DNA of 64,000 nt, taken from contig JAGWLG010000016.1 in NCBI GenBank assembly GCA_028864975.1, forward strand, positions 8,034 to 72,033. Direction: 5' to 3'. The translations under genes were made by a program, and so were the position numbers. Positions 37,994 to 48,068 of this stretch are shown piece after piece. Each line of letters opens with the position of its first letter. Position 1 is the stretch's first letter. The notes under the pieces were generated by a model. That model did not search any database and was not told the DNA's origin. It saw only the letters and a program-made list of their open reading frames with translations. The stretch is from Thermoplasmata archaeon (GTDB lineage: Archaea > Thermoplasmatota > Thermoplasmata > Lutacidiplasmatales > UBA184).

Positions 37994-38077
37994 ATGAGGG
38001 CCGACGCTAGCCACCATCCCTCGCCGGCGCAAAAGCACCGGGAGACCCGGATAGCGAGTTCGCCGGGGGGCCAGCTT

Positions 38078-38752
38078 CTACGTGGGAACGAGCGGCTGAC
38101 CGACCGAGAAACTGAAGGTGATCGTGTTTCCCGGGCCGAAGTCCGTGTCCTCCACACCAATGATGGTGTAGGTCCCGGCCGGTCCACCGAAGGTGCAGGT
38201 CCCCGCCACCGCGTCATATCCGTCGGTAGGGCTCGAACAGAGGACTCCGCGGTACTCGGCCCAGGCACAGGCGGTCTCGTTGGTGCACTGTCCGTTCACC
38301 GCGGCCACGCCCCCGGTGGGGCCCCGGACCGGGACCTGCCAGCTCACCTTCACCGTACCGAACGACGTGGTGTTGATCGTGGACCAGCCGAACCCCCAAC
38401 CGTTACGGGAGGGCCAAGGATGCAGGACGATCGTTCCGGACCCGGATTGACGAACGACCGGCACCTCGATCAGGACCACGAGCACGAGGACCACGACCAC
38501 GATCGCCGCGACCACGATCAGGACACGCTTGCGACGCTGCTTGAGCGCGGGCCCGGAGTCCGGGTCGTCATCGGTCGGGAGGAAAGGGGAGCGGAGCCCA
38601 GCGGTCGGAAAGTTCCCCAGCGATGGAGAACCCGGGGGTGAAGGGGAGGAGCTGATCGGATCGAACTGAGGGCCTGCGGGGAAGTCACTCGCGGGAGGTT
38701 GCCATGGAAGCTCTCCGCCAGGGGGCGTGTAGGGGGGAGTACCTGCCGTCAC
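38078..38752 (-). CDS. Hypothetical single-TM protein (Pro-rich N-terminus, Cys-containing external beta domain)
   Basis: KQRRKR followed by a 22-aa hydrophobic helix. ATTAAAT TATA-like box about 33 bp upstream (38784-38790). Confidence 0.7.
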   Translation of the reverse strand: MTAGTPPYTPPGGELPWQPPASDFPAGPQFDPISSSPSPPGSPSLGNFPTAGLRSPFLPTDDDPDSGPALKQRRKRVLIVVAAIVVVVLVLVVLIEVPVVRQSGSGTIVLHPWPSRNGWGFGWSTINTTSFGTVKVSWQVPVRGPTGGVAAVNGQCTNETACAWAEYRGVLCSSPTDGYDAVAGTCTFGGPAGTYTIIGVEDTDFGPGNTITFSFSVGQPLVPT

Positions 38753-38850
38753 CTTTTCCCGACAGGGTCACCGAAGCGGGCAGATTTAATCCTCCCTCTC
38801 GGGCCGCGGCGACCTTCACGCCTGCACACCCAGGAGCAGTGAGCTTGGCT

Positions 38851-39294
38851 CTATCCAGGCGGCGATTCGGAAGAAGCCCGCTCTCGTCGACTCCGCACCG
38901 GCACCAGGAGATGCCATTCCTTCTCGCTGCGGTAGTATTCCAGCTGAGGGCGCTCGGGGTCGGTGGCGTAGGCCTTGACCATCTGCGGGAAGTTCTTCGC
39001 GAAGGCCGCGACCTTCGCCTCTTCCCCGAGGAGCTTCCGTCGGACATACGTACCTCCCGGTAGAGTACCGGTCTCGATCTGCATCGTCAGAGGTTCGTCG
39101 GTACTGACCTGCTCAACACAGGCATAGTACTCTTCTCCGCCCTCGACGGGCCGGAAGGCTCCGTAGAAATGTCGGCCCTTGAGCGTGGGAAGTTTCGATT
39201 CGAGCAGGTCAAAGGCGGCTGGGGGTCCCGCGCCCCGCATGTCGGCTCTCACGCGAAGCACGGGCATGTCCTTGCGTTCGACGAAGGAGTCCAT
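38851..39294 (-). CDS. GyrI-like small-molecule-binding domain protein
   Basis: AFDLLESKL...FYGAF...YYACVE...GTLPGGTYVR...LEYYRS pattern; GAGGAAGCC before ATG. Confidence 0.7.
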   Translation of the reverse strand: MDSFVERKDMPVLRVRADMRGAGPPAAFDLLESKLPTLKGRHFYGAFRPVEGGEEYYACVEQVSTDEPLTMQIETGTLPGGTYVRRKLLGEEAKVAAFAKNFPQMVKAYATDPERPQLEYYRSEKEWHLLVPVRSRRERASSESPPG

Positions 39295-39394
39295 GGCTTC
39301 CTCGTTACGGAAGGATGGCGACACGAATGAGCCCTTCGGGACATGGGTCCGCCAAGAGCGGGCTTCATAGTCCACGACCCGTTGGGTGCCCCCC

Positions 39395-40645
39395 ATGACC
39401 GACGTCTTCCTTGCCCCCGGAGTCCGCACACCCTTCGTCAAAGCGGGCGGGGTGTACGCTCAACGATCGTCGCTGGACCTCTCCGTCCCTGTCGTGAAGG
39501 CGATGGTCGCGAAGGCTCGACCGGATCTCTTCTCCTGGGGTCAGGTGATCCCCGACGCCACCATCTCGAACATCGCGCGCGAGCTCATCTTCGAAGCCGG
39601 GCTCGATCCGACCATCCCGGCCTACGCGACAGTGATGGCATGTTCCTCGAGCTTCATCGGGTCCTTGCAGCTCGCGGGCATGATCGGGAAGGGCGGGGCC
39701 CACCTCGCTCTTGCGGGGGGGGTCGATAGCATGAGCCACTTCCCGATCGCGCTCAAGTACAAGATCGCGGAGAAGCTCGTGGGCCTCTTCGCGAAGGACC
39801 CCTCCGCCGCGATGGAGACCTTCGGGCAGCTCAGCCTGGACGACTTCTACCTGCCGGTCACCGGCTGGGCGAACCGCGTCAGTGGTCGCACCATGGGCGA
39901 CCACATGGAGGAGACCGCGAAGGAGATGGGGCTCACCCGCGAGGAGCAGGACCACCGCGCCCTTCTGAGCCACCAGGGAGCCATCCGCGGGCAGGACACG
40001 GGTTTCTACACGGACCTCCTCGTCCCGTTCGGCGGGGTCGATCACGACACCTTCCCTCGACGGGACACGTCCATGGAGAAGCTCGCAAAGCTCTCCCCGG
40101 TCTTCGACAAATCCGGCAAGGGCACGATCACCGCTGGGAACTCCTCTCCCCTGACGGACGGGGCGGCGGGGGTTTGGATCGGGGACGAGGAGGGTCTTGG
40201 CCGGCTCGGGGCCAAGCCCACGGTCCGACTTGTCGATTGGCAAGTGGGCGCCGTGGACTTCCGGGTCGATGGAATGCTCATGGCGCCGGCCCGGGCGATC
40301 CCTCGGCTCCTTGCGCGCCACCAACTGCGTGCCGATCAGATCGCCCTCTGGGAGATCCACGAGGCGTTCGCGGCGCAGGTAGTCGCCAACATCAAAGCGG
40401 TCATGGACCCGAAGTACCGCAAGGAGAAGGCTGGGGTCGATTTCGACCTCGGGACCTTCCCTTCCGATCGTGTCAATCCCCACGGAGGGTCCGTGGCGCT
40501 CGGACACCCCTTCGCGGCCACGGGGGCACGGATCCTGAGCCAGGCGTCCAAGGAACTTGCCTCCTTGCCGGGGGGGTCGAAGGCCATCGTCTCGGTTTGC
40601 GCCGACGGGGGACAGGGCACCGTCGCCCTCTTGGAACGCGTGTAA
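39395..40645 (+). CDS. Acetyl-CoA C-acyltransferase (thiolase), TFE/FadI-type
   Basis: Catalytic fingerprints ACSS, EIHEAFAAQ, GGSVALGHPFAATG, CADGGQG. Confidence 0.93.
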   Translation: MTDVFLAPGVRTPFVKAGGVYAQRSSLDLSVPVVKAMVAKARPDLFSWGQVIPDATISNIARELIFEAGLDPTIPAYATVMACSSSFIGSLQLAGMIGKGGAHLALAGGVDSMSHFPIALKYKIAEKLVGLFAKDPSAAMETFGQLSLDDFYLPVTGWANRVSGRTMGDHMEETAKEMGLTREEQDHRALLSHQGAIRGQDTGFYTDLLVPFGGVDHDTFPRRDTSMEKLAKLSPVFDKSGKGTITAGNSSPLTDGAAGVWIGDEEGLGRLGAKPTVRLVDWQVGAVDFRVDGMLMAPARAIPRLLARHQLRADQIALWEIHEAFAAQVVANIKAVMDPKYRKEKAGVDFDLGTFPSDRVNPHGGSVALGHPFAATGARILSQASKELASLPGGSKAIVSVCADGGQGTVALLERV

Positions 40646-40721
40646 CGGGCTCCGAGCGGGAGTCTCGCGGTCCCGGCAGTGCGGCCGGGTCTACCGAGCG
40701 CCTCGAGCGGACCCTCGACAA

Positions 40722-40746
40722 GGGGTTTCCGTGGTCCGGAAACCCC
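40722..40746. repeat. Perfect 10-bp inverted repeat (operator or hairpin terminator)
   Basis: GGGGTTTCCG-TGGTC-CGGAAACCCC between the thiolase stop and the next gene. Confidence 0.6.
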
Positions 40747-40845
40747 CAGGGTTTGTTGGACTTTCTCCGCGCTGGCCAGCTACGCATCGGGCGTGCGCGC
40801 GTCTAAGTACGAGGGGCCGGTCAAATCCGACGAGGTGTGCTCAGC

Positions 40846-41289
40846 ATGAAACCCGCACCAGTCCTCTACGGCCTCGTCTGGACGACCTTCCTGCAGATCC
40901 TGATCATCCTCCTCCCCCTCCCTTCCTCGAACATCATCTTGGGGGTCCACATCGCCCTAGGCCTCGCGGTCGCTGCCCTTGCGGGCACGGCCTACCGCCT
41001 CGTTCGGTCGACGGGGTGTCCGAAGCGCATCCGTCGTATCGCGAAGTCCACGTCGATCCTGGCCTCGATCCAGGTCCTCCTCGGTATCGGGGAAGGCTCT
41101 ACGATCGCGTTCAAGTCGAGCCCCGCACTTCAGAACGCGGTCCTCGCCATCCACTTGGTCTTCGCGCTCGCCATCCTGGCCCACACCGCATCGCAGGCGA
41201 CTTCGTTCGACATGTGGGAAGAGCGGGAGATCGGTGCTCCCGCGGTAAGCTCTTCACCCGTCAAGGTCGGCACCGCGACCCCGAGCTGA
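40846..41289 (+). CDS. Small hypothetical membrane protein (4 TM)
   Basis: Four hydrophobic helices, two carrying His (GVHIALG, AIHLVFA); possibly heme-b binding. Confidence 0.7.
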   Translation: MKPAPVLYGLVWTTFLQILIILLPLPSSNIILGVHIALGLAVAALAGTAYRLVRSTGCPKRIRRIAKSTSILASIQVLLGIGEGSTIAFKSSPALQNAVLAIHLVFALAILAHTASQATSFDMWEEREIGAPAVSSSPVKVGTATPS

Positions 41290-41356
41290 GGCCAGGGACG
41301 CGGAGGGGCGACCTCCCCCCGCCGAGCGCCCGCGGGACGCGTCGACGTAGACACGC

Positions 41357-44300
41357 CTACGCGTCGGGCTGCGAGGGGCCGTCCCCCGCACCGTCGGGGG
41401 AAGGTCCCTCCCCGAACGAGGGTTCCTCGGCGTCGGGCTTGGGGGTCTCGCTCTCTTCCGACCAGGGCTGCTCCCCTGAGGGCTCGGGCGGAGCCGCGGT
41501 CCCGGCCCCCGCGTCCGCCGACGCGGCCGACGCGCCGCCCGACTCGGAGGAACTGTCCTGAGCGGCGCTCGGTTCCGAGGCGGGAGCGGCCTCGTCGGAG
41601 GCCTTGGCCGACCCCACGTCGCTCGCGGGGGCGGGGCGCTTCTTTCTCTGTCGGAGGTAGAGGAGGGCAAGAAGGGCTGCGAGCACTGCCAAGAGCGCGA
41701 TGGCCCCGAGGAGACCGTAGCCCACGTTCGACGGCGCACCGAGCACGGTGGGAGCGGGGGCCTTGACCACGACCTGGACCGAGGCCGCCGAGGACGCCCC
41801 GAGCGAGTCGTTCGCCCAGACCCACGCGGTGAAGGTCCCCGCCTTCCCGTAGACATGGGAGGGCGAAGCACCCGTCGCGTGCGTCCCGTCGCCGAAGTTC
41901 CAGGCGTACCGCACCGTCCCACTGCCACCTTGGTAGGAGGCGACCAGCGAGACCGCCGAACCGGAGATCGGAGCGGAGGTGGCGAGGTCGACGCTCGCCG
42001 TGAGCGCGGGGACGACGACCAACGTCGTGACCGCCGACCGGGCGCTCCCTCCGAGGGCGTCCGAAACGGTCACGTAGACCGGGAACGACCCTGAAGCGGT
42101 GGGGGCTCCCGCGACCGACCCCGCGGTCGCGACGACCCCGCTCGGCAGCCCGTGCCACGAGTAGGTGTAGGGCCCACGACCTCCGGTGGCCGTGGCGCTC
42201 GCCTGGAGCGCGATCCCCACTTCGCTCGCCGCGGGCCACGAGGGGGCCGAGACGGAAGGGGCCAAGAGAATCGAGACCACGATCGAGGCGACGTCGCTGC
42301 GCCCCGAAGCATCCCGCAGGGTCGCGGTCACCGTGTAGTTCCCCGAAGTCGAAGGCGCACAGGCGAGGACCGTGGAAGCGCTCTCCGCGCATCCCAGTCC
42401 GAGGGCGGAGACGCTCCAGGAGACCACGTCGGATCCCGTCCCGACCGCGACCACGCTCGTGGTGATGTTGAGGCGCTGACCCGCCTCGACCGAAGAGGGG
42501 CTCGCTGCGAGCGGAGCCAGAGCGGGGTCGGCGACCACGCTGACGCTCACGGCCGCCGAAGTGCCCGAGGTCCAGCCGTTCGCGTCCACGACGCTCGCCG
42601 AGACCGAGAGGGTCCCGACCGTCGCGAGGACGCAGGTGGCCACGGGGCCGCTGGTCCCGGTGCACCCGGAGGAGGGGAGCCCGCTCCACACGAAGCTGGC
42701 GTACGCGGGCACGCCCCCGGCCGCCGCGGCCTGGAACATGACGGACGCTCCCGCGTCGACCACGCTGGCGTTGGCCGCGACCGAGCTCACCACCGGGTCC
42801 TCGAGGATGGCGAAAGTGAAGGCGGCGCTCACGGCGCTCACGCCGTTCGAGTCGGTCGCGCGCACGGACACCGAGTGGAGTCCGCTCGCGGGCGCCACGC
42901 ACGAGATGGTGGCCGTCGTGCCCGTGCATCCCGCCGGGAGCCCGGTCCAGGCGTAGGTGGTGATCCCGCCGCTCCCGGGAGCCGACACGGAGGTCGCGAA
43001 GGCCAGGGATTGACCCACGTCGGCAGCGCTGTTCGCCGTGCCGTTGACCTGAAGCGTGGGGGTCGCGAGCACGGGGTCAGCGTAGACGGTGAACGCGCTC
43101 GGCGCGACCGACCCGGCGGTCCACCCTTGGGCGTCAGTGACCTGGACTGAGAGCGTGAGGGTCCCGACGTCCGCGGTCGCCAGGGTGCAATGCGGGGTCG
43201 CCGTCGCGACGCCACTGCAGACGGAGGGGAGCCCGCTCCAGACGTAGCTCGCATAGGGCCCGGTCCCTCCGGACGCGACCGCGGAGAAGACGACGAACTG
43301 CCCCACGTCCCCCGATGTCGGGGCCGCCCCCGGCATCGCGACCGAAACGTCGGGGTCGAGCGTGAGCACGAACGGTGCGCTCGTGGCCATCTCGCCGTTG
43401 GAATCGGTCCCGCTCACGACAAGGCTGTACACCCCCACCGCGGTGGGAGCGCAGGAGATGGAAGCGCCAGCCCCGCTGCACGTCGCGGGAAGGCCGCTCC
43501 AAGCGAACGCGATGATCCCGCCGCTCCCAGGCGCCGAGACCGACGTCGCGACCACGAGGGCCTGTCCGGCGTCGAGGACCGCGGAAGCCGTTCCGTTGAC
43601 CGTCGAAGACGGGGTCGCGAGCGCCGGGTCCGCATAGACCGTGAACGAGAGCGCGGAGGTCGATCCCGTCGTCCAGCCTTGGGAGTCCGTGACGGCGACC
43701 GAGATCGTCAAGGTCCCGACATCGGCCGCCACGAACGTGCAGCTGGGGCTGGCCGTTGCGGTCGCCGTGCAGGAGGTGGGAAGCCCCGTCCACAGGAACG
43801 TGGCGTACGGGCTGGTGCCACCGGAGGGGGCGGCGGTGAAGGAGACGGTCTGCCCCACATCGCCCGACCCTGTGATGGCGGAGGTCGTCGCCGCGGGGAC
43901 CGAGGGGTCCGAGTTGATGGTGAGGGAGAAAGCGGGACTGACCGCGGTGACCCCGTTCGTGTCCGTCACGCTGACGGAAACGGTGTAGGTCCCCGCTACG
44001 GAGGCGGTGCACGCGACGGCCGCTCCGGTCCCGGTGCACCCTGAGGGTAGTCCGCTCCAGGCGTAGCTCGAGATCCCTCCGCTCCCGGAAGAGGAGAGCG
44101 TGGTGGCGAACGACAGGGCCTGTCCCAGGTCGGCCACACCCGAAGCGGTGCCGTTCACGGTCAGCGTGGGCGTGGTCAAAGCAGGGTCGGCGTAAGCCGT
44201 GAAAGCGAGGGCGGCGAGGGTGTGGACCGTCCAACCTGTCGCGTCGGTCGCACTTCCGCTCACGGAGAGCGTCCCTGAGGCCGCGAACGTGCAGGTCGCG

Positions 44301-47300
44301 GCCGCCGTCGTCGTGCCGGCGCAACCAGTGGCGGGCAACCCCGTCCAGGTGAAGGACGAGTACGGCGCTGCGCCTCCGACGGGCACGAGCTGGAAGGTCG
44401 AGGTCTGTCCCACATCGGCGGAGCTCGTGGACGCGGCCGGAGCCGCCATCGAGGGGTCCGCGCCGACGACGAACGTGAGAGGCGCGCTCGTAGCCCGCAC
44501 GCCGTTCGTGTCCGTGGTGCTGGCGGACACCGTGAAGGTCCCTGCCGCGGTGAGAGCGCTGCAGGAGATCGAGAGCCCTGTGCCCGAGCACCCACCGGGC
44601 AGCCCGGACCATGCCTCGGCGCTCAATCCCCCGCTTCCCGAGGAAGCGACCGTCGTCGCGAAGGTGGCGGCCTCTCCCACATCGGCCAGGGTCGCCGAGG
44701 TGGTGTTCACGGTCGAGGTCGGCGTCGTGAGCGCGGGGTCGGCATAGACAGTGAACGACAGGGCCGCGCTCGAGACCGAGGTGACCCCGTTCGAGTCGGT
44801 GACCCGGGCGGTCAGGGAGAGCGCGCCCGCCGAGGACAGGGTGCAGGTGACCGTGGAGAGCGAGGCGGAGGAGCATCCCCCGGGCAGCCCTCCCCAGCTG
44901 TAGGAGACGTAGGTGCCGGTCCCGAACGATCCGCCCGTGGAGAACTGGACGGTCTGTCCCACGTCAGCCGAGTTCGTGGGAGATCCGGCCGGGCTAGCGA
45001 CCGGGGTGCTGGCGATCGGGGGCTGATTCACGGTGAGCGCGGCCTGAGACCAGACCTGAGAAGAGGACGAGTCCGTGTCATTGATCCAGACACTGACGGA
45101 GCCCGAATTCCCGGGGCGGCAGATGAGCTCCAGCGGTCCGGGGACCGTCGGGCCGAACGGGTGGGTGCCGCATGCGAACCCTCCGGAGGGGGATGCGCCC
45201 GAGCTGGGGGAGTCCCCGCCAGAGCCCGCCGCGACGACCGAGCCTGTGAGCGCGAAGGTCTGTCCGACGTCGACCGAGGTCAGAGGTCCGCCCACCCCGA
45301 AGGTCAGCGTCCTGACCTGGTTGTTGATCGGGCTCGTGATGTAGAGCTCGTGGTTGCTGGGAACATAGGTGGCACCCAGGGCAAGGCCGCCCCCCGAACC
45401 CCCGCCGACCGCGACGTTGAGGTAGAGGCGGTGCGTGGACGAAGTGATGAACGCCACGGTGGTCGTGTCGTAGGAGACGCACGCCACGTCCCCGGTGTAT
45501 CCGTCGAAGGCACAGGAGGTGGGTTCGTTTCCGACACCACCGACGGTCCCGACGTTCGAGCTTCCGCTGTAGATGGAGACGGAGTTGCCGAGCGTGTTGG
45601 GGACGTAGACCTCGTGGTCGATGGGGTCGTAGTCCGGGTACCCCGGGTCGTTCCCCGTGCTGGCGTAACCCGTGTAAGCACCGGACGAATCGGCGAGCCA
45701 GAGCATGTTGTACCCGGGGTCCGTGTAGTACATGTCGCGGTTCGAGGGATTGTACACGACCCCGGCGATCGACGCACTTCCCTGCTGGAACCCCGCCTGG
45801 ACGACGAGGGAGTTCGGGTCGATCCACTGGAAGTTGCCGTAGGGTCCCGCCTGGCCCACCAGGTTGAGCCACCCGTTCGCCGGGTCGTAGTCGATGTAGT
45901 AGTAGCAGTTCCATCCGGAGTTGATGGAGGAGAGCGTGGTCCCGGAGATGATCACGAGGGCCCCGCTGGTGGCCCCGACGCATGGGTCGATCGCGTAGAT
46001 CTTGCCGTTCGCCGGGTCGTAGGTGATCCCGATGGGTTGGTTGAGCCCCCCGATCGTCGTGACGACCGAGTTGGTCGAAGTATCGATGATGGTGATCGAG
46101 TTCCCCTGGTTGTTGGTCACATACAGGTAGCCGTTCTGGGAGTCGTAGGCCGAGTAATCGGGGTAGCTCCCCACGCCGACCGAGCTCTGGGGGAAGGTCG
46201 GCTGCGCGAGCCCGATCCCACCCACGGCGAGCTCGGTGGAGATGATCGTCACCACGTTCGAGGAGGAGACGATGTCGAACACGTCCCCGTTGGCGCTGTT
46301 GTAGACCATGGACGAGCAGTCCCCCGCGGCGGTAAGGTTGACCGCGGCGATCGCGTCCGAGCTTGCGGACACCGCGTTCACCCAGGGGTCCGAAGCGAAG
46401 CCACCGGCTTGGCAGACGAACCACTGTTGGTCCGCGGGGTCGTAGACAGGCGCCCCGGGGTCGTGGAACCCGGCCCAGGTCGCGGCGATCGAGGTCCCCG
46501 AGATGATCGAGACGTTGCTGGAGTAGTAGTTTGGTACCAGGACCTGACCGTTCGTGGGGTCCACCGCGAGACCGTCGGGGGTGTTGCCGACGTTGATGTA
46601 GGAGACCGCGGAGGTGGACGGGTTGATCTCTGCCACACGGGTCCCGATGAGGGCCACGTAGAGCATCCCGTTGTGGGAATCGTAAGCGGCCCTGTACGTG
46701 AGGGCCGAAACGGAGATGGAGGTTCCCACGGCGAGCGTCGCCGCATTGACCACGCCCACGGAAGCTGCGCCCGTGTCTGTCAAGTAGACCATTCCGTTCG
46801 CCGGGTCGTAGGCCGCGCCGTGGCCACTGGCGGAGACCGAGCCGGCGATGGTGTTGGTGACCGGGTTCACGGTGTCCAGCGTCGACCCGAGCGGAGCGAA
46901 GATCAGGTCCTGCGCGGGGTCCCACGCCGGGGCCGAGCACCCGGAGGGGAGGGTGGTGGAGCCCACCATCGCACCGGTCGTACCGTTGTAGGCGTAGAGC
47001 CCGGTTCCTTCGCAGTCGTAAAAGTTCCCCGTGATGGGGTCGAAGACCGCCCCCGCTGAGTACCCGTTCAGTCCGAAGGAGCCGAGCACGGCACCCGGTT
47101 CCGCGACGGGGCCTGAGGTCGAGCTGGCAGCGGGCAGCCCGGGAACTTGGAGGGAACCCCGCGCGGTCGAGGCCCCGGAGCGTGCGTCACCCGAGGGAGC
47201 ATAGGAGCTGGTCGAAGGACCGTAGGTGAGCGACCCCCCCTGCGTCGCGGAGGCCGTGGCGGCGACCGCGGGAGAGGGCCGAGCGGAGGGTGGGAGAGCC

Positions 47301-47584
47301 TCAGGATGGTAGAGAGGAGTCGAGGGAGAGAACGTGGGCGAAGCAGGAGTCGGGCCTGAAGAGAAAGTGGGAGCCCGGCCCGGCATGGGAGCCGTCAAGG
47401 CACTCGAGAGGACAGAGGAAGACCCTGAGGGCAGCCCCGCGCGATGCGAGGGGAGGCTTGACGAGGCCGAAGCGGCTGCTCCAAGGAGCGGGAGCCCTCC
47501 GACCACGAGAACGAAAAGGAGGAGGCCGAGAAGGATTGGCGACAGGGTTTTCGCGGAGAGGGGCCAGGCCAGGCGGGTGTTCAT
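41357..47584 (-). CDS. Large surface protein (2075 aa): YVTN/YncE-type propeller(s), ~11 GLPxGC-type Ig repeats, PKD, TM, acidic tail
   Basis: Signal peptide; many YDPANG.IY..../YDSQNGYLYV repeats; WSGLP repeats; WNFGDG; TM then RQRKKR. Confidence 0.9.
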   Translation of the reverse strand: MNTRLAWPLSAKTLSPILLGLLLFVLVVGGLPLLGAAASASSSLPSHRAGLPSGSSSVLSSALTAPMPGRAPTFSSGPTPASPTFSPSTPLYHPEALPPSARPSPAVAATASATQGGSLTYGPSTSSYAPSGDARSGASTARGSLQVPGLPAASSTSGPVAEPGAVLGSFGLNGYSAGAVFDPITGNFYDCEGTGLYAYNGTTGAMVGSTTLPSGCSAPAWDPAQDLIFAPLGSTLDTVNPVTNTIAGSVSASGHGAAYDPANGMVYLTDTGAASVGVVNAATLAVGTSISVSALTYRAAYDSHNGMLYVALIGTRVAEINPSTSAVSYINVGNTPDGLAVDPTNGQVLVPNYYSSNVSIISGTSIAATWAGFHDPGAPVYDPADQQWFVCQAGGFASDPWVNAVSASSDAIAAVNLTAAGDCSSMVYNSANGDVFDIVSSSNVVTIISTELAVGGIGLAQPTFPQSSVGVGSYPDYSAYDSQNGYLYVTNNQGNSITIIDTSTNSVVTTIGGLNQPIGITYDPANGKIYAIDPCVGATSGALVIISGTTLSSINSGWNCYYYIDYDPANGWLNLVGQAGPYGNFQWIDPNSLVVQAGFQQGSASIAGVVYNPSNRDMYYTDPGYNMLWLADSSGAYTGYASTGNDPGYPDYDPIDHEVYVPNTLGNSVSIYSGSSNVGTVGGVGNEPTSCAFDGYTGDVACVSYDTTTVAFITSSTHRLYLNVAVGGGSGGGLALGATYVPSNHELYITSPINNQVRTLTFGVGGPLTSVDVGQTFALTGSVVAAGSGGDSPSSGASPSGGFACGTHPFGPTVPGPLELICRPGNSGSVSVWINDTDSSSSQVWSQAALTVNQPPIASTPVASPAGSPTNSADVGQTVQFSTGGSFGTGTYVSYSWGGLPGGCSSASLSTVTCTLSSAGALSLTARVTDSNGVTSVSSAALSFTVYADPALTTPTSTVNTTSATLADVGEAATFATTVASSGSGGLSAEAWSGLPGGCSGTGLSISCSALTAAGTFTVSASTTDTNGVRATSAPLTFVVGADPSMAAPAASTSSADVGQTSTFQLVPVGGAAPYSSFTWTGLPATGCAGTTTAAATCTFAASGTLSVSGSATDATGWTVHTLAALAFTAYADPALTTPTLTVNGTASGVADLGQALSFATTLSSSGSGGISSYAWSGLPSGCTGTGAAVACTASVAGTYTVSVSVTDTNGVTAVSPAFSLTINSDPSVPAATTSAITGSGDVGQTVSFTAAPSGGTSPYATFLWTGLPTSCTATATASPSCTFVAADVGTLTISVAVTDSQGWTTGSTSALSFTVYADPALATPSSTVNGTASAVLDAGQALVVATSVSAPGSGGIIAFAWSGLPATCSGAGASISCAPTAVGVYSLVVSGTDSNGEMATSAPFVLTLDPDVSVAMPGAAPTSGDVGQFVVFSAVASGGTGPYASYVWSGLPSVCSGVATATPHCTLATADVGTLTLSVQVTDAQGWTAGSVAPSAFTVYADPVLATPTLQVNGTANSAADVGQSLAFATSVSAPGSGGITTYAWTGLPAGCTGTTATISCVAPASGLHSVSVRATDSNGVSAVSAAFTFAILEDPVVSSVAANASVVDAGASVMFQAAAAGGVPAYASFVWSGLPSSGCTGTSGPVATCVLATVGTLSVSASVVDANGWTSGTSAAVSVSVVADPALAPLAASPSSVEAGQRLNITTSVVAVGTGSDVVSWSVSALGLGCAESASTVLACAPSTSGNYTVTATLRDASGRSDVASIVVSILLAPSVSAPSWPAASEVGIALQASATATGGRGPYTYSWHGLPSGVVATAGSVAGAPTASGSFPVYVTVSDALGGSARSAVTTLVVVPALTASVDLATSAPISGSAVSLVASYQGGSGTVRYAWNFGDGTHATGASPSHVYGKAGTFTAWVWANDSLGASSAASVQVVVKAPAPTVLGAPSNVGYGLLGAIALLAVLAALLALLYLRQRKKRPAPASDVGSAKASDEAAPASEPSAAQDSSSESGGASAASADAGAGTAAPPEPSGEQPWSEESETPKPDAEEPSFGEGPSPDGAGDGPSQPDA

Positions 47585-47740
47585 GCGCGCCGCACCGGTA
47601 AGGGGTCTTATGGGTTGCCCCTCGGCACGAGGCCCCTTCGACGGTCTCCGTGGTTCTCGTGAGCCTTCCAGCGGGCGACCGTCCCCCGTGCCTCTTCGCG
47701 CTGGTCAGCGTGATGTGGTGAGGGCGCGGAGGGAGAGGTG

Positions 47741-48046
47741 ATGGGACGGGTCCGGGCCGAGTCTCACGTCGACTTCGAGGCGCGCGTCGTCGAGGCGGTC
47801 CGGGAGATCCCCTTCGGACGGGTGTGCACCTACGGGGACATCGACCGGAGGGCGCCGCGGCGTGTGGGCGCCATCCTGGCGACGACTTTGGAGGACATTC
47901 CCTGGCATCGGGTTGTCCGCGCGGACGGCACCCTGGCCATGGGAAGGAGGCAAGAAGAGCTCCTCCTCCAAGAGGGCGTACCGATAAGCCACGGCCGCGT
48001 GGACCTGGCGCGCGCGAGATACTCGGCCGGTAGACTCGATAGATAG
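47741..48046 (+). CDS. Alkyltransferase-like (ATL, YbaZ/Atl1-type) DNA-binding protein
   Basis: IPFGRVCTYGDI and PWHRVV (Trp replaces the catalytic Cys of PCHRV); GGAGAGG before ATG. Confidence 0.88.
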   Translation: MGRVRAESHVDFEARVVEAVREIPFGRVCTYGDIDRRAPRRVGAILATTLEDIPWHRVVRADGTLAMGRRQEELLLQEGVPISHGRVDLARARYSAGRLDR

Positions 48047-48068
48047 GAACCGTTGCGCGCTAGGGTTC

